In this document: positions 18,620 through 28,681 of the stretch, in pieces
Layout of the letters: every line of letters begins with the position of its first letter
Numbering within the stretch: the first letter of the stretch is position 1
Assembly: GCA_051252135.1 (NCBI GenBank)
Contig: JBPOGH010000003.1
Coordinates: 160,001 to 224,000, forward strand
Reading direction: 5' to 3'
DNA: 64,000 bases
Source: Verrucomicrobiaceae bacterium
Lineage (GTDB): Bacteria > Verrucomicrobiota > Verrucomicrobiia > Verrucomicrobiales > Akkermansiaceae
The notes under the pieces: model-generated
Told to the model about the DNA's origin: nothing
Databases searched by the model: none
The model's input: only the letters and a program-made list of their open reading frames with translations
Made by a program: the position numbers and the translations under genes

Positions 18620-18991
18620 TCAGTGATCTCTGGGACTTTTCGTACAAACCCGGTCCGTCTCCCACCGGATATGACAAGAACCACAAACGAAACGAATCGG
18701 CTCGCCACGCACCTTCCTATCTTGCTTAAGAGGCGCCATACCACACTGAGGGCACTTGAGCATTCTGGATGCCGCAATCATCATCACTACCGAGACGAAA
18801 AAAAGCGCCCCCAAAATAATCCGCGTCGTCGTCTGATCAAAAACGACATCATCATCAAACAGATGAAACATCGTCGCCCCCAACGCCCCGATAAAGAGAA
18901 AACCCGCCATCGACACCACGACCTTGTATGCCGTCGGAGGATTCCACGGAATCGTTTGCATATCTTCTTCAGGATTCTTCATCGAAATCAT
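18620..18991 (-). CDS. Hypothetical two-TM protein with C-terminal zinc ribbon
   Basis: Two hydrophobic helices followed by CPQC...CGSC; start uncertain. Confidence 0.65.
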   Translation of the reverse strand: MISMKNPEEDMQTIPWNPPTAYKVVVSMAGFLFIGALGATMFHLFDDDVVFDQTTTRIILGALFFVSVVMMIAASRMLKCPQCGMAPLKQDRKVRGEPIRFVCGSCHIRWETDRVCTKSPRDH

Positions 18992-19044
18992 TAAGCCTCA
19001 AACCCCTTCCCAATATTCCCCTTGCCTGGCGTTGCAAAGAACAT

Positions 19045-19225
19045 TCCTCCCCAACCAAGCCCCCAAACCCAAGCCTTAAAAAACTGAGCGTCTTAGCGAT
19101 TCAAAACCCCATCAACCAAGCCCCCATCCATCGATTCTCAATCTGCGAAATCTGCGGATAGAAAACCCCCTCAACCAAGCCTTCAACATTCAGCGTTGGA
19201 CGTTCGACCTTCAGCGTTCAAGCAA
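19045..19225 (+). repeat. Intergenic module array D
   Basis: CAACCAAGC at 19052, 19113, 19172; modules CCTTAAAAAACTGAGCGTCTTAGCG, ATCTGCGAAATCTGCGGA and GCGTT/ACGTT heptamers. Confidence 0.8.
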
Positions 19226-19237
19226 CGCTCCTCTCCC

Positions 19238-20602
19238 TCAATCCAGAAACTTCCCCGGATTCAAAATCCCCTTCGGATCCAGCGCATCCTTCACCGTCAG
19301 ATGCGTCGCAAAACCCACCTCACCCAGCGCACCCCTGATCCACTTCTTCTTCGCCAGCCCCACCCCGTGCTCGCCCGTGATCGCGCCGCCATTCTTCAGC
19401 ACCCACGTAAAGAGCAGGTCCAACGCACCATCCGCCTTCTCCCGAATCACCGGATCATCGTAATCCTCCACCATCAGGTTCGTGTGAATGTTCCCGTCCC
19501 CCGCATGCCCAAAGCACGCCACCGGAATCCCCGTCTTCTCCTGCAAGCCCGCCGCAAAATCCGCCAGCTCCACGAGCTTCGATCTCGGCACCACCACATC
19601 CTCGTTCAGCTTCGTCAGCCCCGTCGCCCGCAGCGAGTACGAAAAATCTCTTCTTAACTGCCACACCGCCTCACACGCCTCCGCATCGGCATGCAGATCG
19701 GTCGACAACGCCCCCACTTCCTTCAGCAAATCGCGCAGCTCCTCCAGCTCACTCGCAATCGCCCGCGTCCGGCCATCCAGCTCCACAATCAAATGCGCAT
19801 TCCCGTCCGGCAAACAACTCTCCCCCAAATGAGCCCGCGCCGCCTTCAGCGTAAACTGATCCGTAATCTCCAGCGCCGATGGCAAATGCCCCGCATTGAG
19901 AATCGCCTGCACCGCTCCCGCCGCATTGCTGAACTCCGCAAAGGTCGCCGTCAGCATCGCCCGATCCTGCGGATGCGGAATGATCCGCAGCGTCGCCTCC
20001 GTGATCACCCCCAACATCCCTTCGCTTCCCACAAAGAGATGAAGCAAATCAAAACCCGTCTTATTCTTATGACAACGCCCACCCACCCGCAGCACCTCCC
20101 CGCTCGCCAGCACCACCTCAAGCCCCAGCACATAATTCTTCGTCACCCCGTATTTCAAACAACGCGGCCCCCCCGCATTCGTCGCCAGATTCCCCCCGAT
20201 CGAGCACTCCTTCAGCGACGCCGGATCCGGCGGATAATACCACCCCAACTCGCTCACCGCATCCTGAACCGCCTTCGTAATCACCCCCGGCTGCGTCACC
20301 ACCACCCCGTCCGTCGGCGCGATTTCCAAAATCTCATTCATCCGCGCCACCGACAGCGCAATCCCACCCTTCACCGGCACACATCCCCCCACATAACCAA
20401 TCCCCGCCCCCCGCGTCGTCACCGGAATCTCCCGCTCATGCGCAAACTTCATCACCGCCACCACATCATCCCGCGACTCCGCAAACACCACCACATCCGG
20501 CAGATGCGCATAATTCCACTTATCGATCGCATGCACCTCCAACACCTCCGCCATCGCAGAAACCTTCCCCTCACCCAGCAGCTCGCGCAGTTCATCAATC
20601 AC
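19238..20602 (-). CDS. FAD-linked oxidase, GlcD/D-lactate dehydrogenase family
   Basis: TRGAG, YPPDPAS, GSEGMLGVITE, GHAGDGNIH, GEHGVG, ILNPGK; likely GTG start at 20602 after AAGAGGG. Confidence 0.92.
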   Translation of the reverse strand: MIDELRELLGEGKVSAMAEVLEVHAIDKWNYAHLPDVVVFAESRDDVVAVMKFAHEREIPVTTRGAGIGYVGGCVPVKGGIALSVARMNEILEIAPTDGVVVTQPGVITKAVQDAVSELGWYYPPDPASLKECSIGGNLATNAGGPRCLKYGVTKNYVLGLEVVLASGEVLRVGGRCHKNKTGFDLLHLFVGSEGMLGVITEATLRIIPHPQDRAMLTATFAEFSNAAGAVQAILNAGHLPSALEITDQFTLKAARAHLGESCLPDGNAHLIVELDGRTRAIASELEELRDLLKEVGALSTDLHADAEACEAVWQLRRDFSYSLRATGLTKLNEDVVVPRSKLVELADFAAGLQEKTGIPVACFGHAGDGNIHTNLMVEDYDDPVIREKADGALDLLFTWVLKNGGAITGEHGVGLAKKKWIRGALGEVGFATHLTVKDALDPKGILNPGKFLD

Positions 20603-20659
20603 GCCCTCTTTTGTAGCGGCGGGCTGTGACCGTCGCAAGCCCCGTTCAAAGTTCAGAGC

Positions 20660-20960
20660 CCCCACCCCCAAAGGAGTCGCGACGCCCCCACCGCTTCCCA
20701 ACCAAGCCTCTCCCGTTCAAATCCAAATGTCCGGTGCCCACCCCAACCAAACCCTTCAAGGTCCATCGTCCATCGTCCATCGTCCGTCACTCGAGCCCTC
20801 CTCAACCAAGCTCTCCCGTTCAAATCTAAATGTTAGATGTTAAATGTTCGGTGTTCCTCTCCTCCCCCCCAACCAGGCCCCTTTCCGTTCAAGATTCCTG
20901 CTCACTGTTCAGAGCTCAAATCCCCTCCCCAACCAAGCCTTCTCAATTTTCAATTAGTGA
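20660..20960 (+). repeat. Intergenic module array E
   Basis: CAACCAAGC at 20699, 20803, 20930 plus variants; (GTCCATC)x3, ATGTT heptamers, CTCTCCCGTTCAAATC twice. Confidence 0.8.
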
Positions 20961-20994
20961 TAGCATCCGCGCCCAAACTTCGTAAAAATCTCCC

Positions 20995-23900
20995 ATGCGC
21001 TTCGCATTATCCCTTCTCCTCCTCGCTTCGCCCCTCCTTGCGAAAGATATCGCCCAAAGTCCCAAGCTCCACGCCAAAGACTCCCAACGTCTCCACAATC
21101 TCTCCGCAGAGATCGCCGACCTCGAAACCCTCGAGCTCTTCGTCAGCGACCTCGGTAACTATTCCTGCGACTGGGCCGCATGGGTCAACCCCACTTTCCA
21201 CACCAAGGACGGCAAAAAAATCCCCGTCACCAAAGAGCACGTCGCCCATGCCGACCAACAATGGAAGGACCTCCAATTCAACAAGTCCGTAGGCGGCGGC
21301 AGCCTCTCCATCAATGGAAAGACCTTCGAGCACGGCCTCGGCACCCACGCCAAATCCACCGTTCAACTCCGCGTTCCCGCAGGTGCCGTCAAGTTCACAG
21401 CCCAAGTCGGCATCGATGACGGAGGAGCCATGCAAGGAGGCTCCCTCACCGACGCCTCCGTCCAGTTCACCATCCGCACCCCCAAGGACCCCAACGCCCC
21501 TTGGGAACCCGAAACATCACCCCAGGTCGTCGACACCTCCGCCTTCGAGGTCATGGGCGATCTCGAGGTCTCCGTCTGGGCCTCCACCCCTCACCTTTAC
21601 AACCCCACCAACATGGACATCGACCACGCCGGCCGCGTCTGGGTTGCCGAGGGCGTCAACTACCGCCGCCACAACGGCCGCCGCCCCGGTGGCGACCGCA
21701 TCGCCGTCCTCCAGGACACCAATGGCGACGGAAAATGCGACTCCTCCCACACCTTCGTTCAGGAAAAAGGCCTCATCGCCCCACTCGGCGTCGCCGTCTT
21801 TGACAACGTCATCTACGTCTCCCAACCACCCGAACTCCTCCGCTACACCGACGTCAACCGCGACCTCAAATTCGACCCCTCCGTCGACAAGCGCGAGGTC
21901 ATCCTCACCGGCTTCAACGCGCGGAACCACGACCACTCACTCCACTCCGTCACCGCCGGCCCCGATGGCAAACTCTACTTCAACAACGGCAACTGCGGCG
22001 CCGTCTTCCAGGACAAGACCGGCAACAATTTCTACATGACCGGCGTCTACAAAGGCGGCGGCGGCGAATTCCTCACCGACCACATCTCCGTCGCAGGCAA
22101 GGCCTCCGATGACGGACACGTCTGGTCCTCCGGCTTCACCGCCCGCATGGACCCCGATGGCTCCAATGTCAAAATCACCGGCCACGGCTACCGCAACTCC
22201 TACGAACAATCACTCACCTCCTTCGGCGACGCCTTCCAGAATGACAACGACGATCCACCGGCCTGCCGCGTCTCCTTCATCATGGAATACGGAAACGCCG
22301 GCTACTTCACCCGCGATGCCAAACGCTACTACCGCGACTCCAAACGCCCCAATCAGGACCACGGCCGCGCCCACTGGCGTCAGGATGACCCCGGCACCAT
22401 GGACGCCGGTGACATCTACGGCGGCGGCTCCCCCACCGGCGTCACCATGTATGAAAATGGGGCCCTCGGTGCAGACTTCGTCGGCTCCTTCCTCTCCTGC
22501 GAGCCCGGCCGGAACATCATCTTCCACTACCAGCCCACCCCAAAGGGCGCCAACTTCAACCTCGAGCGCAAAAGCTTCCTCACCACCAACGTCACCGATG
22601 AATTCTACGGCTCCGACTTCGTAGGCGGCACCCGCAAGCTCGCCAAGGAAACCAAGTTCAACTTCCGCCCCTCCGATGTCACCGTTGGACCGGATGGCGC
22701 CATCTACGTCACCGACTGGTTCGACCCCCGCGTCGGCGGCCATGCCGACCTCGATGACTCCTGCTCCGGCACCATCTACCGCATCGCCCCCAAGGGCTTC
22801 CAGCCCGCCGTCCCCGCCTTCGATCTCAACACCGTCGAGGGAGCCATCACCGCCCTTCAATCACCCGCCATCAACACCCGCTACCTCGGCTTTGGCGCAT
22901 TGAAGGAAAAAGGCGAAGCCGCCTTCCCCGCCGTCAAAGCACTCCTCGACCACCCCAATAAATTCATCGCCGCCCGCGCCATCTGGGTCCTCCCCCACCT
23001 CGGAGACGCCGGAACCGTCGCCACCGTCGAACTCCTCGGCCACCCCGAGCCCCAGGTCCGCATCGCCGCCTACCGCGCCCTCCGCCGCATCGGAGCCGAT
23101 GTCATCACCCATGCCCAAAAGCTCGCCAACGACCCCGACCCCGGCGTCCGCCGCGACATCGCACTCTCCCTCCGCGACATCCCCGCCGCCCAGACCAAGA
23201 GCATCTTCGTCACCCTCGCCTCCCAGGTCGATGTCAATGACAAGAACGCCCTCGAAGCCATCGGCCTCGGAGCCGCCAACCAGGAAAGCGCCATCTGGAC
23301 CGCCCTCAAAGCCGGCCTCAACCCCGGCGCCCCCGCCGACTGGGACGAGCGCTTCATCCGCCTCACCTGGCGTCTCTGGCCCGCCGCCGCCGTCCCGGAC
23401 CTCGAAGCCCGCGCCAGCAACCCCGCCCTCTCCGCCGAAGCCCGCGCCTTCGCCATCGAAAGCCTCGCCTTCATCAACCACCGCTCCGCCGCCTCCGCCA
23501 TCATCAACCTCGCCGATCAACCCGACACCAAAAAGGACGCCACCTTCTGGCTCTTCCGCAACGCCCTCGGCGAATGGAAGGACTTCGGCCTCATGGACCA
23601 ACTCAAAAAACGCGGCATCTATGATCCCGACACCGTCGTCGTCACCTCCATCACCGTCCCCAAGGCCGACAAGCCCAAGTTCAGTGTCGAGGACGTCCTC
23701 AAGCTCACCGGCGACCCCGAAAAAGGCAAAGCCGCAGCCAACCGCTGCATCATGTGCCACGAGTTCAACGGCCTCGGCGTCAACTACGGACCCAACCTCA
23801 AAGGCTGGGGCACCGCCCAACCCGCCGACGTCATCGCCCGCGCCCTCATCGAACCCTCGGCCGACATCGCCCACGGCTTCGGCGGCACCCGGATCGAGCT

Positions 23901-24111
23901 CAAGAACGGCACCATCCTCGAAGGCCTCACCTTCGGAAAAACCGACCCCACCACCGTCATCTCCACCGGAGGAGTCACCCAACTCGTCCCCCGCAAAATG
24001 ATCAAAAAGGAGTCCAAAAAGAAACCCTCCCTCATGCTCTCCGCCGACCAACTCGGCCTCACCCCCCAAGACGTCGCAGACCTCGTCGCCTTCCTCAAAG
24101 TCTACAAGTAA
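20995..24111 (+). CDS. PVC-type heme-binding CxxCH protein with N-terminal NPCBM/NEW2 domain, dehydrogenase-like propeller and HEAT repeats
   Basis: Signal peptide; HGLGTHA and FTAQVGIDD (NPCBM); NPTNMDID.GRVWVAE; FRPSDVTVGPDGAIYVTDW; CIMCH near C-terminus. Confidence 0.9.
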   Translation: MRFALSLLLLASPLLAKDIAQSPKLHAKDSQRLHNLSAEIADLETLELFVSDLGNYSCDWAAWVNPTFHTKDGKKIPVTKEHVAHADQQWKDLQFNKSVGGGSLSINGKTFEHGLGTHAKSTVQLRVPAGAVKFTAQVGIDDGGAMQGGSLTDASVQFTIRTPKDPNAPWEPETSPQVVDTSAFEVMGDLEVSVWASTPHLYNPTNMDIDHAGRVWVAEGVNYRRHNGRRPGGDRIAVLQDTNGDGKCDSSHTFVQEKGLIAPLGVAVFDNVIYVSQPPELLRYTDVNRDLKFDPSVDKREVILTGFNARNHDHSLHSVTAGPDGKLYFNNGNCGAVFQDKTGNNFYMTGVYKGGGGEFLTDHISVAGKASDDGHVWSSGFTARMDPDGSNVKITGHGYRNSYEQSLTSFGDAFQNDNDDPPACRVSFIMEYGNAGYFTRDAKRYYRDSKRPNQDHGRAHWRQDDPGTMDAGDIYGGGSPTGVTMYENGALGADFVGSFLSCEPGRNIIFHYQPTPKGANFNLERKSFLTTNVTDEFYGSDFVGGTRKLAKETKFNFRPSDVTVGPDGAIYVTDWFDPRVGGHADLDDSCSGTIYRIAPKGFQPAVPAFDLNTVEGAITALQSPAINTRYLGFGALKEKGEAAFPAVKALLDHPNKFIAARAIWVLPHLGDAGTVATVELLGHPEPQVRIAAYRALRRIGADVITHAQKLANDPDPGVRRDIALSLRDIPAAQTKSIFVTLASQVDVNDKNALEAIGLGAANQESAIWTALKAGLNPGAPADWDERFIRLTWRLWPAAAVPDLEARASNPALSAEARAFAIESLAFINHRSAASAIINLADQPDTKKDATFWLFRNALGEWKDFGLMDQLKKRGIYDPDTVVVTSITVPKADKPKFSVEDVLKLTGDPEKGKAAANRCIMCHEFNGLGVNYGPNLKGWGTAQPADVIARALIEPSADIAHGFGGTRIELKNGTILEGLTFGKTDPTTVISTGGVTQLVPRKMIKKESKKKPSLMLSADQLGLTPQDVADLVAFLKVYK

Positions 24112-24112
24112 G

Positions 24113-24345
24113 CCAATAAGGAGAGCGGGCGTCCCGCCCGCTTCCACAACCCAAGCAAAAGGCGGCCCAACCGGCCGCCTTTTTCATGCCTCCCTTCCCC
24201 AACCAGGAAAGGAGTCGCGGCGCCCCCGCCGCTTAGCTTCGCATGCCCGGACCGCGAACCGGAACAGAGTGGAGCTGGAATGCATTGGAAATAGCCAATG
24301 GCAAATAGCCTTTAAGCAACTTCAGCTCCCTTCTCAACCAAGCTT
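24113..24345 (+). repeat. Intergenic module array F with REP-like hairpins
   Basis: CCAATAAGGAGAGCGGGC..GCCCGCTT as at 10395; AAGGAGTCGCGGCGCCCCCGCCGCTT as at 20671; CAACCAAGC at 24335. Confidence 0.7.
24156..24191 (+). terminator. Intrinsic terminator, probably bidirectional
   Basis: AAAAGGCGGCC-CAACC-GGCCGCCTTTTT between convergent genes. Confidence 0.75.
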
Positions 24346-24346
24346 C

Positions 24347-25012
24347 CTACCCCCTCCGCTTCCTCCTTAAACACAACAGCAAAGCAACTCCGGAAAACGC
24401 AACCGACGACGGCTCCGGAATAATACGAATTTCCTCAAGCTCAAAACTGAATTGCTCCGTCCGTGCTTCAAACGTGAAGCCGATAAAACCAAAGGAATCT
24501 AGTGAATCATTATGGCCAAAAATCGCATTCTCTAGTGGCACAAACAAGGTGCCTTCTTCGATGATCGTTCTCGGTCGGGAATCTGAAATCACCCCACTAA
24601 ATCCAAGCCCGGTTACAAGTGTTCCTTCCCCGGTTAAATTAACAAAATCAAATTCGAATCCAGTATACCCTAAAAGACTGAGCGGCCCGCCTCCGTTGTA
24701 GCCCATCACAACTGCAACAGGTGAAATCGGCGGTATTGGCGCATCCACATTCATCGAGAATTTCCCCAGCGTGGAATCTACTCCCGCCATCGCAATCCCG
24801 ACCCCAACTCTTCGAGGAACAATTCCCGCTTCTCTTTCCTCAACAAAATCTGAGACAACCCCGCTTGGAAAAGCGACCTCAGACCCACTCGACGAAATCA
24901 CGAATCCCGACTCATCAAAAGTATCGAGAATGAGAGCGGCCTTCGACGCTGACACCAAAACAAAAGCAATGAACGGGTATCGTGAGTTTCGAAAAAGCTG
25001 AAATGCGCTCAT
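24347..25012 (-). CDS. PEP-CTERM sorting-domain protein
   Basis: Signal-like N-terminus from ATG 25012; IPEPSS, TM helix, RRKRR tail. Confidence 0.85.
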   Translation of the reverse strand: MSAFQLFRNSRYPFIAFVLVSASKAALILDTFDESGFVISSSGSEVAFPSGVVSDFVEEREAGIVPRRVGVGIAMAGVDSTLGKFSMNVDAPIPPISPVAVVMGYNGGGPLSLLGYTGFEFDFVNLTGEGTLVTGLGFSGVISDSRPRTIIEEGTLFVPLENAIFGHNDSLDSFGFIGFTFEARTEQFSFELEEIRIIPEPSSVAFSGVALLLCLRRKRRG

Positions 25013-25100
25013 AGGGTTAAGAGTAAAATTACGCCCGATCCACCAACCGAACAAACCAAAAGGGATTTCCAAAACGTCCCCACTCGCCCCCCGCCTCTCC

Positions 25101-25132
25101 CACCATTTCACCATTTCACCATTTCACCATTT
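25101..25132. repeat. Octanucleotide tandem repeat (CACCATTT)x4
   Basis: Directly visible, intergenic. Confidence 0.9.
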
Positions 25133-25210
25133 CACTCGTCGCCCGCGCCGCCCAACAACACCACCTATTAAAGCCAGCTCTACATTAAGCTTCATTGAAT
25201 CCCTTTGCTG

Positions 25211-27469
25211 CTAGGGCATGACTTCTTCCACACGGAAATGCTTCATCGCCTGATTCTGAATCGAGTAGAATCTCTGAATGAGTTCTCCGTTCCCCGCAAT
25301 CCCATCTTCTTCTATATTCCATGTTTCCAGATCCAACGAGCTTTCAATCCGGTAGGTCGTGCCAATTGCAGAGGTAAAAGTGAACTCAATCGCCGTTCTC
25401 ACCTCTGCAACAAGCGCCGGCTTATCAAGGATGTCCGTCGGTGATTTGCCAGTCTGGACCTCATAGCCGTCAAGAAAACCATCTCTATCCGTGTCCGCCA
25501 CCATGGGCAGAGTCCCGTGGGTGTTTACTTCCTCTCCGTCAGACAAGCCATCGTCATCCGAATCGCCGTCCAATGGGTCCGTGAAATGGACCAACAGCTC
25601 CTCGGAGTCACTGAGTCCATCACGATCCGAGTCAGCAAGTTTAGGATTCGTACCGTGGATATTCTCTTCATCCTCATCCAGTAATCCATCCCCATCATCG
25701 TCGGTGTCGGCATTGTCTCCCGTCCCGTCATCATCTGAGTCGAGCCACTCATTGATATCAAGAGGCAACGCATCCTCGCCATCCTCCACCCCATCGCCAT
25801 CGGAATCCTTCTCTGCTGGGTTCGTCCCTAACTCCACAATTTCCTCATAGTTCGTCAGCCCGTCCTCATCATCATCCTTGGTATCGGGAGCAAAGATCGC
25901 CGTAATCGTCTTATCAGAATCCATAATCACCGAGAGCGGGTTGTCATCGCCTGCGGCATCACCCGACCACATCGAAAAAAGATATCCCGGATCACCCGTA
26001 GCTTCGAGAGTCGCTGTGGTATTGAATGCGTGCGATCCTCCTCCGGAAACCGATCCATTCACTCCCCCTGATGTGAAGAGCCACGGGTCTCGTATCTCGA
26101 TCGAAAAACTTTGAACTGCATCTTCTAAAAAACCAATCGAAGCCGCGATCGTGCCCGTAAAAGTGCCCGGTGTCGTCGGAGTTCCTGAAATCGCGCCCTC
26201 ACTCGTAAGCGAGACTCCGGGTGGAAGTGACCCCGACGTGAGCGAAAAAGTCGGCTCCGGAATACCCGTTCCCGTGCACAGGTGACTATATGCCAACCCA
26301 ACCCGCCCCATCGCCGGAGGAGGCACGCTGCTAATCTGCGGAGCCTGCAATGGATAAGCGGTGTAACCCTGCCAAGAGGGTGAGCTAAAACCCTGCGTCC
26401 CGGATAAGTAATAAACCGTGAAGCCACTTCCCGCCAATGCGAAGACATTCTCTTCCATCGAAGGGGAAACGCCAAGGAAGATAGCTTTGGTGAGATTGCT
26501 ACAGCCATTGAACGCATTTGCCCTGATACTGGTGACGCTTCCCGGGAATGTAACGTTGGTCAGGCCGCTACAGCCGCTGAACGCCCTAGCTTCTACCAAG
26601 GTAACACCTTCAGGGATTGTAATGTTGGTGAGGCTGCTGCAGTTGAGGAATGTTTCTTCCTCAATCGTAATCGTGCTGTCAGGAATAGTGACGCTAGTGA
26701 GGCTGCTGCAATCCCGGAAAGTATATCCCCCAATATGCGTAACACTGTCAGGAATAGCGATTTCCGTGAGGCTACTACAACCTGTGAATGCACCTTGAAG
26801 ACGGGTCACCCCATCAGGAATAATGACATCATTCAGACTGGTGCAATTTCCAAAAGTAAAACCCAAAATATTCTTAAGACCTTTCGGGAGCTTGACGCTC
26901 GTCAAACTACTGCAATTGATAAACGCTTCTTCTTCTATAGAAGTTACGCTATCTGGAATACTTACACTTATCAAGCTAGTACAATCCCAAAAGGTAGAAG
27001 GTTGTATCTTTGTGACACCCTCAGGAATAGTTACGCTAGTCAGACTGGAACACTCTCGGAAAGCATTAAATCCTATCGTCTCCACGCTGGCCGGAATAGT
27101 GATTTGGGCGAGGCTGCTGCAACCCAAAAATGCGCCGTCAGGCCATCTTCCAAGTATCGTCGTGACCCCGTCAGGGATGACAACCTCTGTCAGGTCCTTA
27201 CAGCCGAGAAAAGCGCTACTTCCAATAGTGGTAACGGGTTTTCCGGCAATGGTTTTAGGGATTTCAACCAAACCAGTCGCAGCTATCGGGTAGTCTGTAA
27301 TCGTAATGTAGGAACCGTTATCAATATAGGTGAAATCATCAAAAATATCAGCTTCGCTTGAGCTAATTAGACAACAAATTAAAAAGATGATCTTCGAACA
27401 ATCATCGATTGATACTCGCACCTTCCAAGGTTTCACAACAACTGGAAAATATTTCAAAGATTCATTCAT
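25211..27469 (-). CDS. BspA-type leucine-rich-repeat surface protein with Ig-like, InlB B-repeat-like and Asp-rich Ca-binding repeats
   Basis: About ten repeats of type [23 protein letters not shown] repeats; start uncertain (27469 or 27535). Confidence 0.88.
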   Translation of the reverse strand: MNESLKYFPVVVKPWKVRVSIDDCSKIIFLICCLISSSEADIFDDFTYIDNGSYITITDYPIAATGLVEIPKTIAGKPVTTIGSSAFLGCKDLTEVVIPDGVTTILGRWPDGAFLGCSSLAQITIPASVETIGFNAFRECSSLTSVTIPEGVTKIQPSTFWDCTSLISVSIPDSVTSIEEEAFINCSSLTSVKLPKGLKNILGFTFGNCTSLNDVIIPDGVTRLQGAFTGCSSLTEIAIPDSVTHIGGYTFRDCSSLTSVTIPDSTITIEEETFLNCSSLTNITIPEGVTLVEARAFSGCSGLTNVTFPGSVTSIRANAFNGCSNLTKAIFLGVSPSMEENVFALAGSGFTVYYLSGTQGFSSPSWQGYTAYPLQAPQISSVPPPAMGRVGLAYSHLCTGTGIPEPTFSLTSGSLPPGVSLTSEGAISGTPTTPGTFTGTIAASIGFLEDAVQSFSIEIRDPWLFTSGGVNGSVSGGGSHAFNTTATLEATGDPGYLFSMWSGDAAGDDNPLSVIMDSDKTITAIFAPDTKDDDEDGLTNYEEIVELGTNPAEKDSDGDGVEDGEDALPLDINEWLDSDDDGTGDNADTDDDGDGLLDEDEENIHGTNPKLADSDRDGLSDSEELLVHFTDPLDGDSDDDGLSDGEEVNTHGTLPMVADTDRDGFLDGYEVQTGKSPTDILDKPALVAEVRTAIEFTFTSAIGTTYRIESSLDLETWNIEEDGIAGNGELIQRFYSIQNQAMKHFRVEEVMP

Positions 27470-27725
27470 CGGTAAATCCTTAGGATACACCCTGTCAACA
27501 GCAAGAAAAATCCCTAAAATAGCGCGGTTACTCAAAGTTTTAGATTTATCTCCACTTCAATACCTGCGCTTCCAACCACTCTTACAAACGAGCAATCGAC
27601 CGTTGGTATTTACCCGATTGATGACCCACTCAACTTGAAGCACTAGACACCCAATTCCTCACTCCTTTCGATAGACCGAACCCTCGAGATCCATCACGTA
27701 AAGCGCCCCGTTTCACCCCCCACCC

Positions 27726-27761
27726 CAAAAGGAGGCCTACCCGGCCGCCTTTTTCATGCCT
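27726..27761 (+). repeat. Second, degenerate copy of the 24156-24191 terminator sequence
   Basis: 33/36 identical; last 21 nt CCGGCCGCCTTTTTCATGCCT exact. Confidence 0.85.
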
Positions 27762-27937
27762 GGGACTCCATAGCTCTTACCCAAGTGCCTATCCTAAGAG
27801 CCAGCTAAGCCCCCCACTCGCCCCCACCAAAAACACCAAAAGACAAAGTCAATTTGTCCGGCTTCCTCATTGTCTCCCAATAAAAGGGCAGAACACCCCG
27901 ACCGCACCCGCGACCCGGGGTCCAACCCAAACAGACA

Positions 27938-28531
27938 ATGAAAAACACCTCATTCAACAAAGGAAGCGCAGCCCTCATCGCCACCCTCGCCCTCGCCTCT
28001 CTCGGACTTAGCCAGCAGGCCAGCGCCGGGATCGTCTGGCTTGTCACGCACGATGGCTCCGATCTCACCATCACCAGCTCCGGCAGCCTCGACCTCACCG
28101 GCACCTCCATGGTCTTTGGCGGCGCTGCCAACCAAGCCGGCGTCAATCACGACTCCACCATCTTCATCAACGCCCCCTCCACTAGAATTGGCAACGCCGG
28201 CACCGTCTCCGGAAACGACCCTTGGGTTTCTCCCTTTATCGAAGCCTCCTCCTATTCCGGAGACATCTTTGGAACGTCCGGAACGTGGATCTTCTACCAC
28301 GAATCTGGCCCCTCCTCTCCCGGCGTCATCACCCCCGTCTCAACCATGACTTTCGACGGCCTCTCGGTCGCCGACGCCTTCGGAACCAACCTCGATGCCG
28401 GCCCCGTCATCCTCTGGACCGCCAACTCCACCGGCGACACCATTTCCGTCGCCCTCGTCCCCGAACCCTCCTCCGCTCTCCTCCTCGGCCTCAGCACCAT
28501 CTCCCTCCTCCTCCGCCGCTCTCGATGTTAA
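27938..28531 (+). CDS. PEP-CTERM sorting-domain protein
   Basis: Signal peptide; VPEPSSALLLGL...RRSR tail. Confidence 0.88.
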   Translation: MKNTSFNKGSAALIATLALASLGLSQQASAGIVWLVTHDGSDLTITSSGSLDLTGTSMVFGGAANQAGVNHDSTIFINAPSTRIGNAGTVSGNDPWVSPFIEASSYSGDIFGTSGTWIFYHESGPSSPGVITPVSTMTFDGLSVADAFGTNLDAGPVILWTANSTGDTISVALVPEPSSALLLGLSTISLLLRRSRC

Positions 28532-28544
28532 AACCCTCATCCTT

Positions 28545-28680
28545 ACGCCTCCTCATCCAAGCTCCCCCATCCAAGCCCCCAACCATCTGCGTCAATCGGC
28601 GTAATCTGCGGACACCTCCTCCACAACCCAGGCCCTCATTTCAGAGTTCACTGTTCCCTGTTCGGAGTCCACTGTTCACC
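28545..28680 (+). repeat. Intergenic module array G (variant motifs)
   Basis: CATCCAAGC twice, ATCTGCGTCAATCGGCGTAATCTGCGGA, CACTGTT heptamers. Confidence 0.65.
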
Positions 28681-28681
28681 C

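Noticed and set aside
15589..18991. Integron cassette array
   Set aside because: Mixed gene orientations, no recognisable attC sites and no integrase in the window
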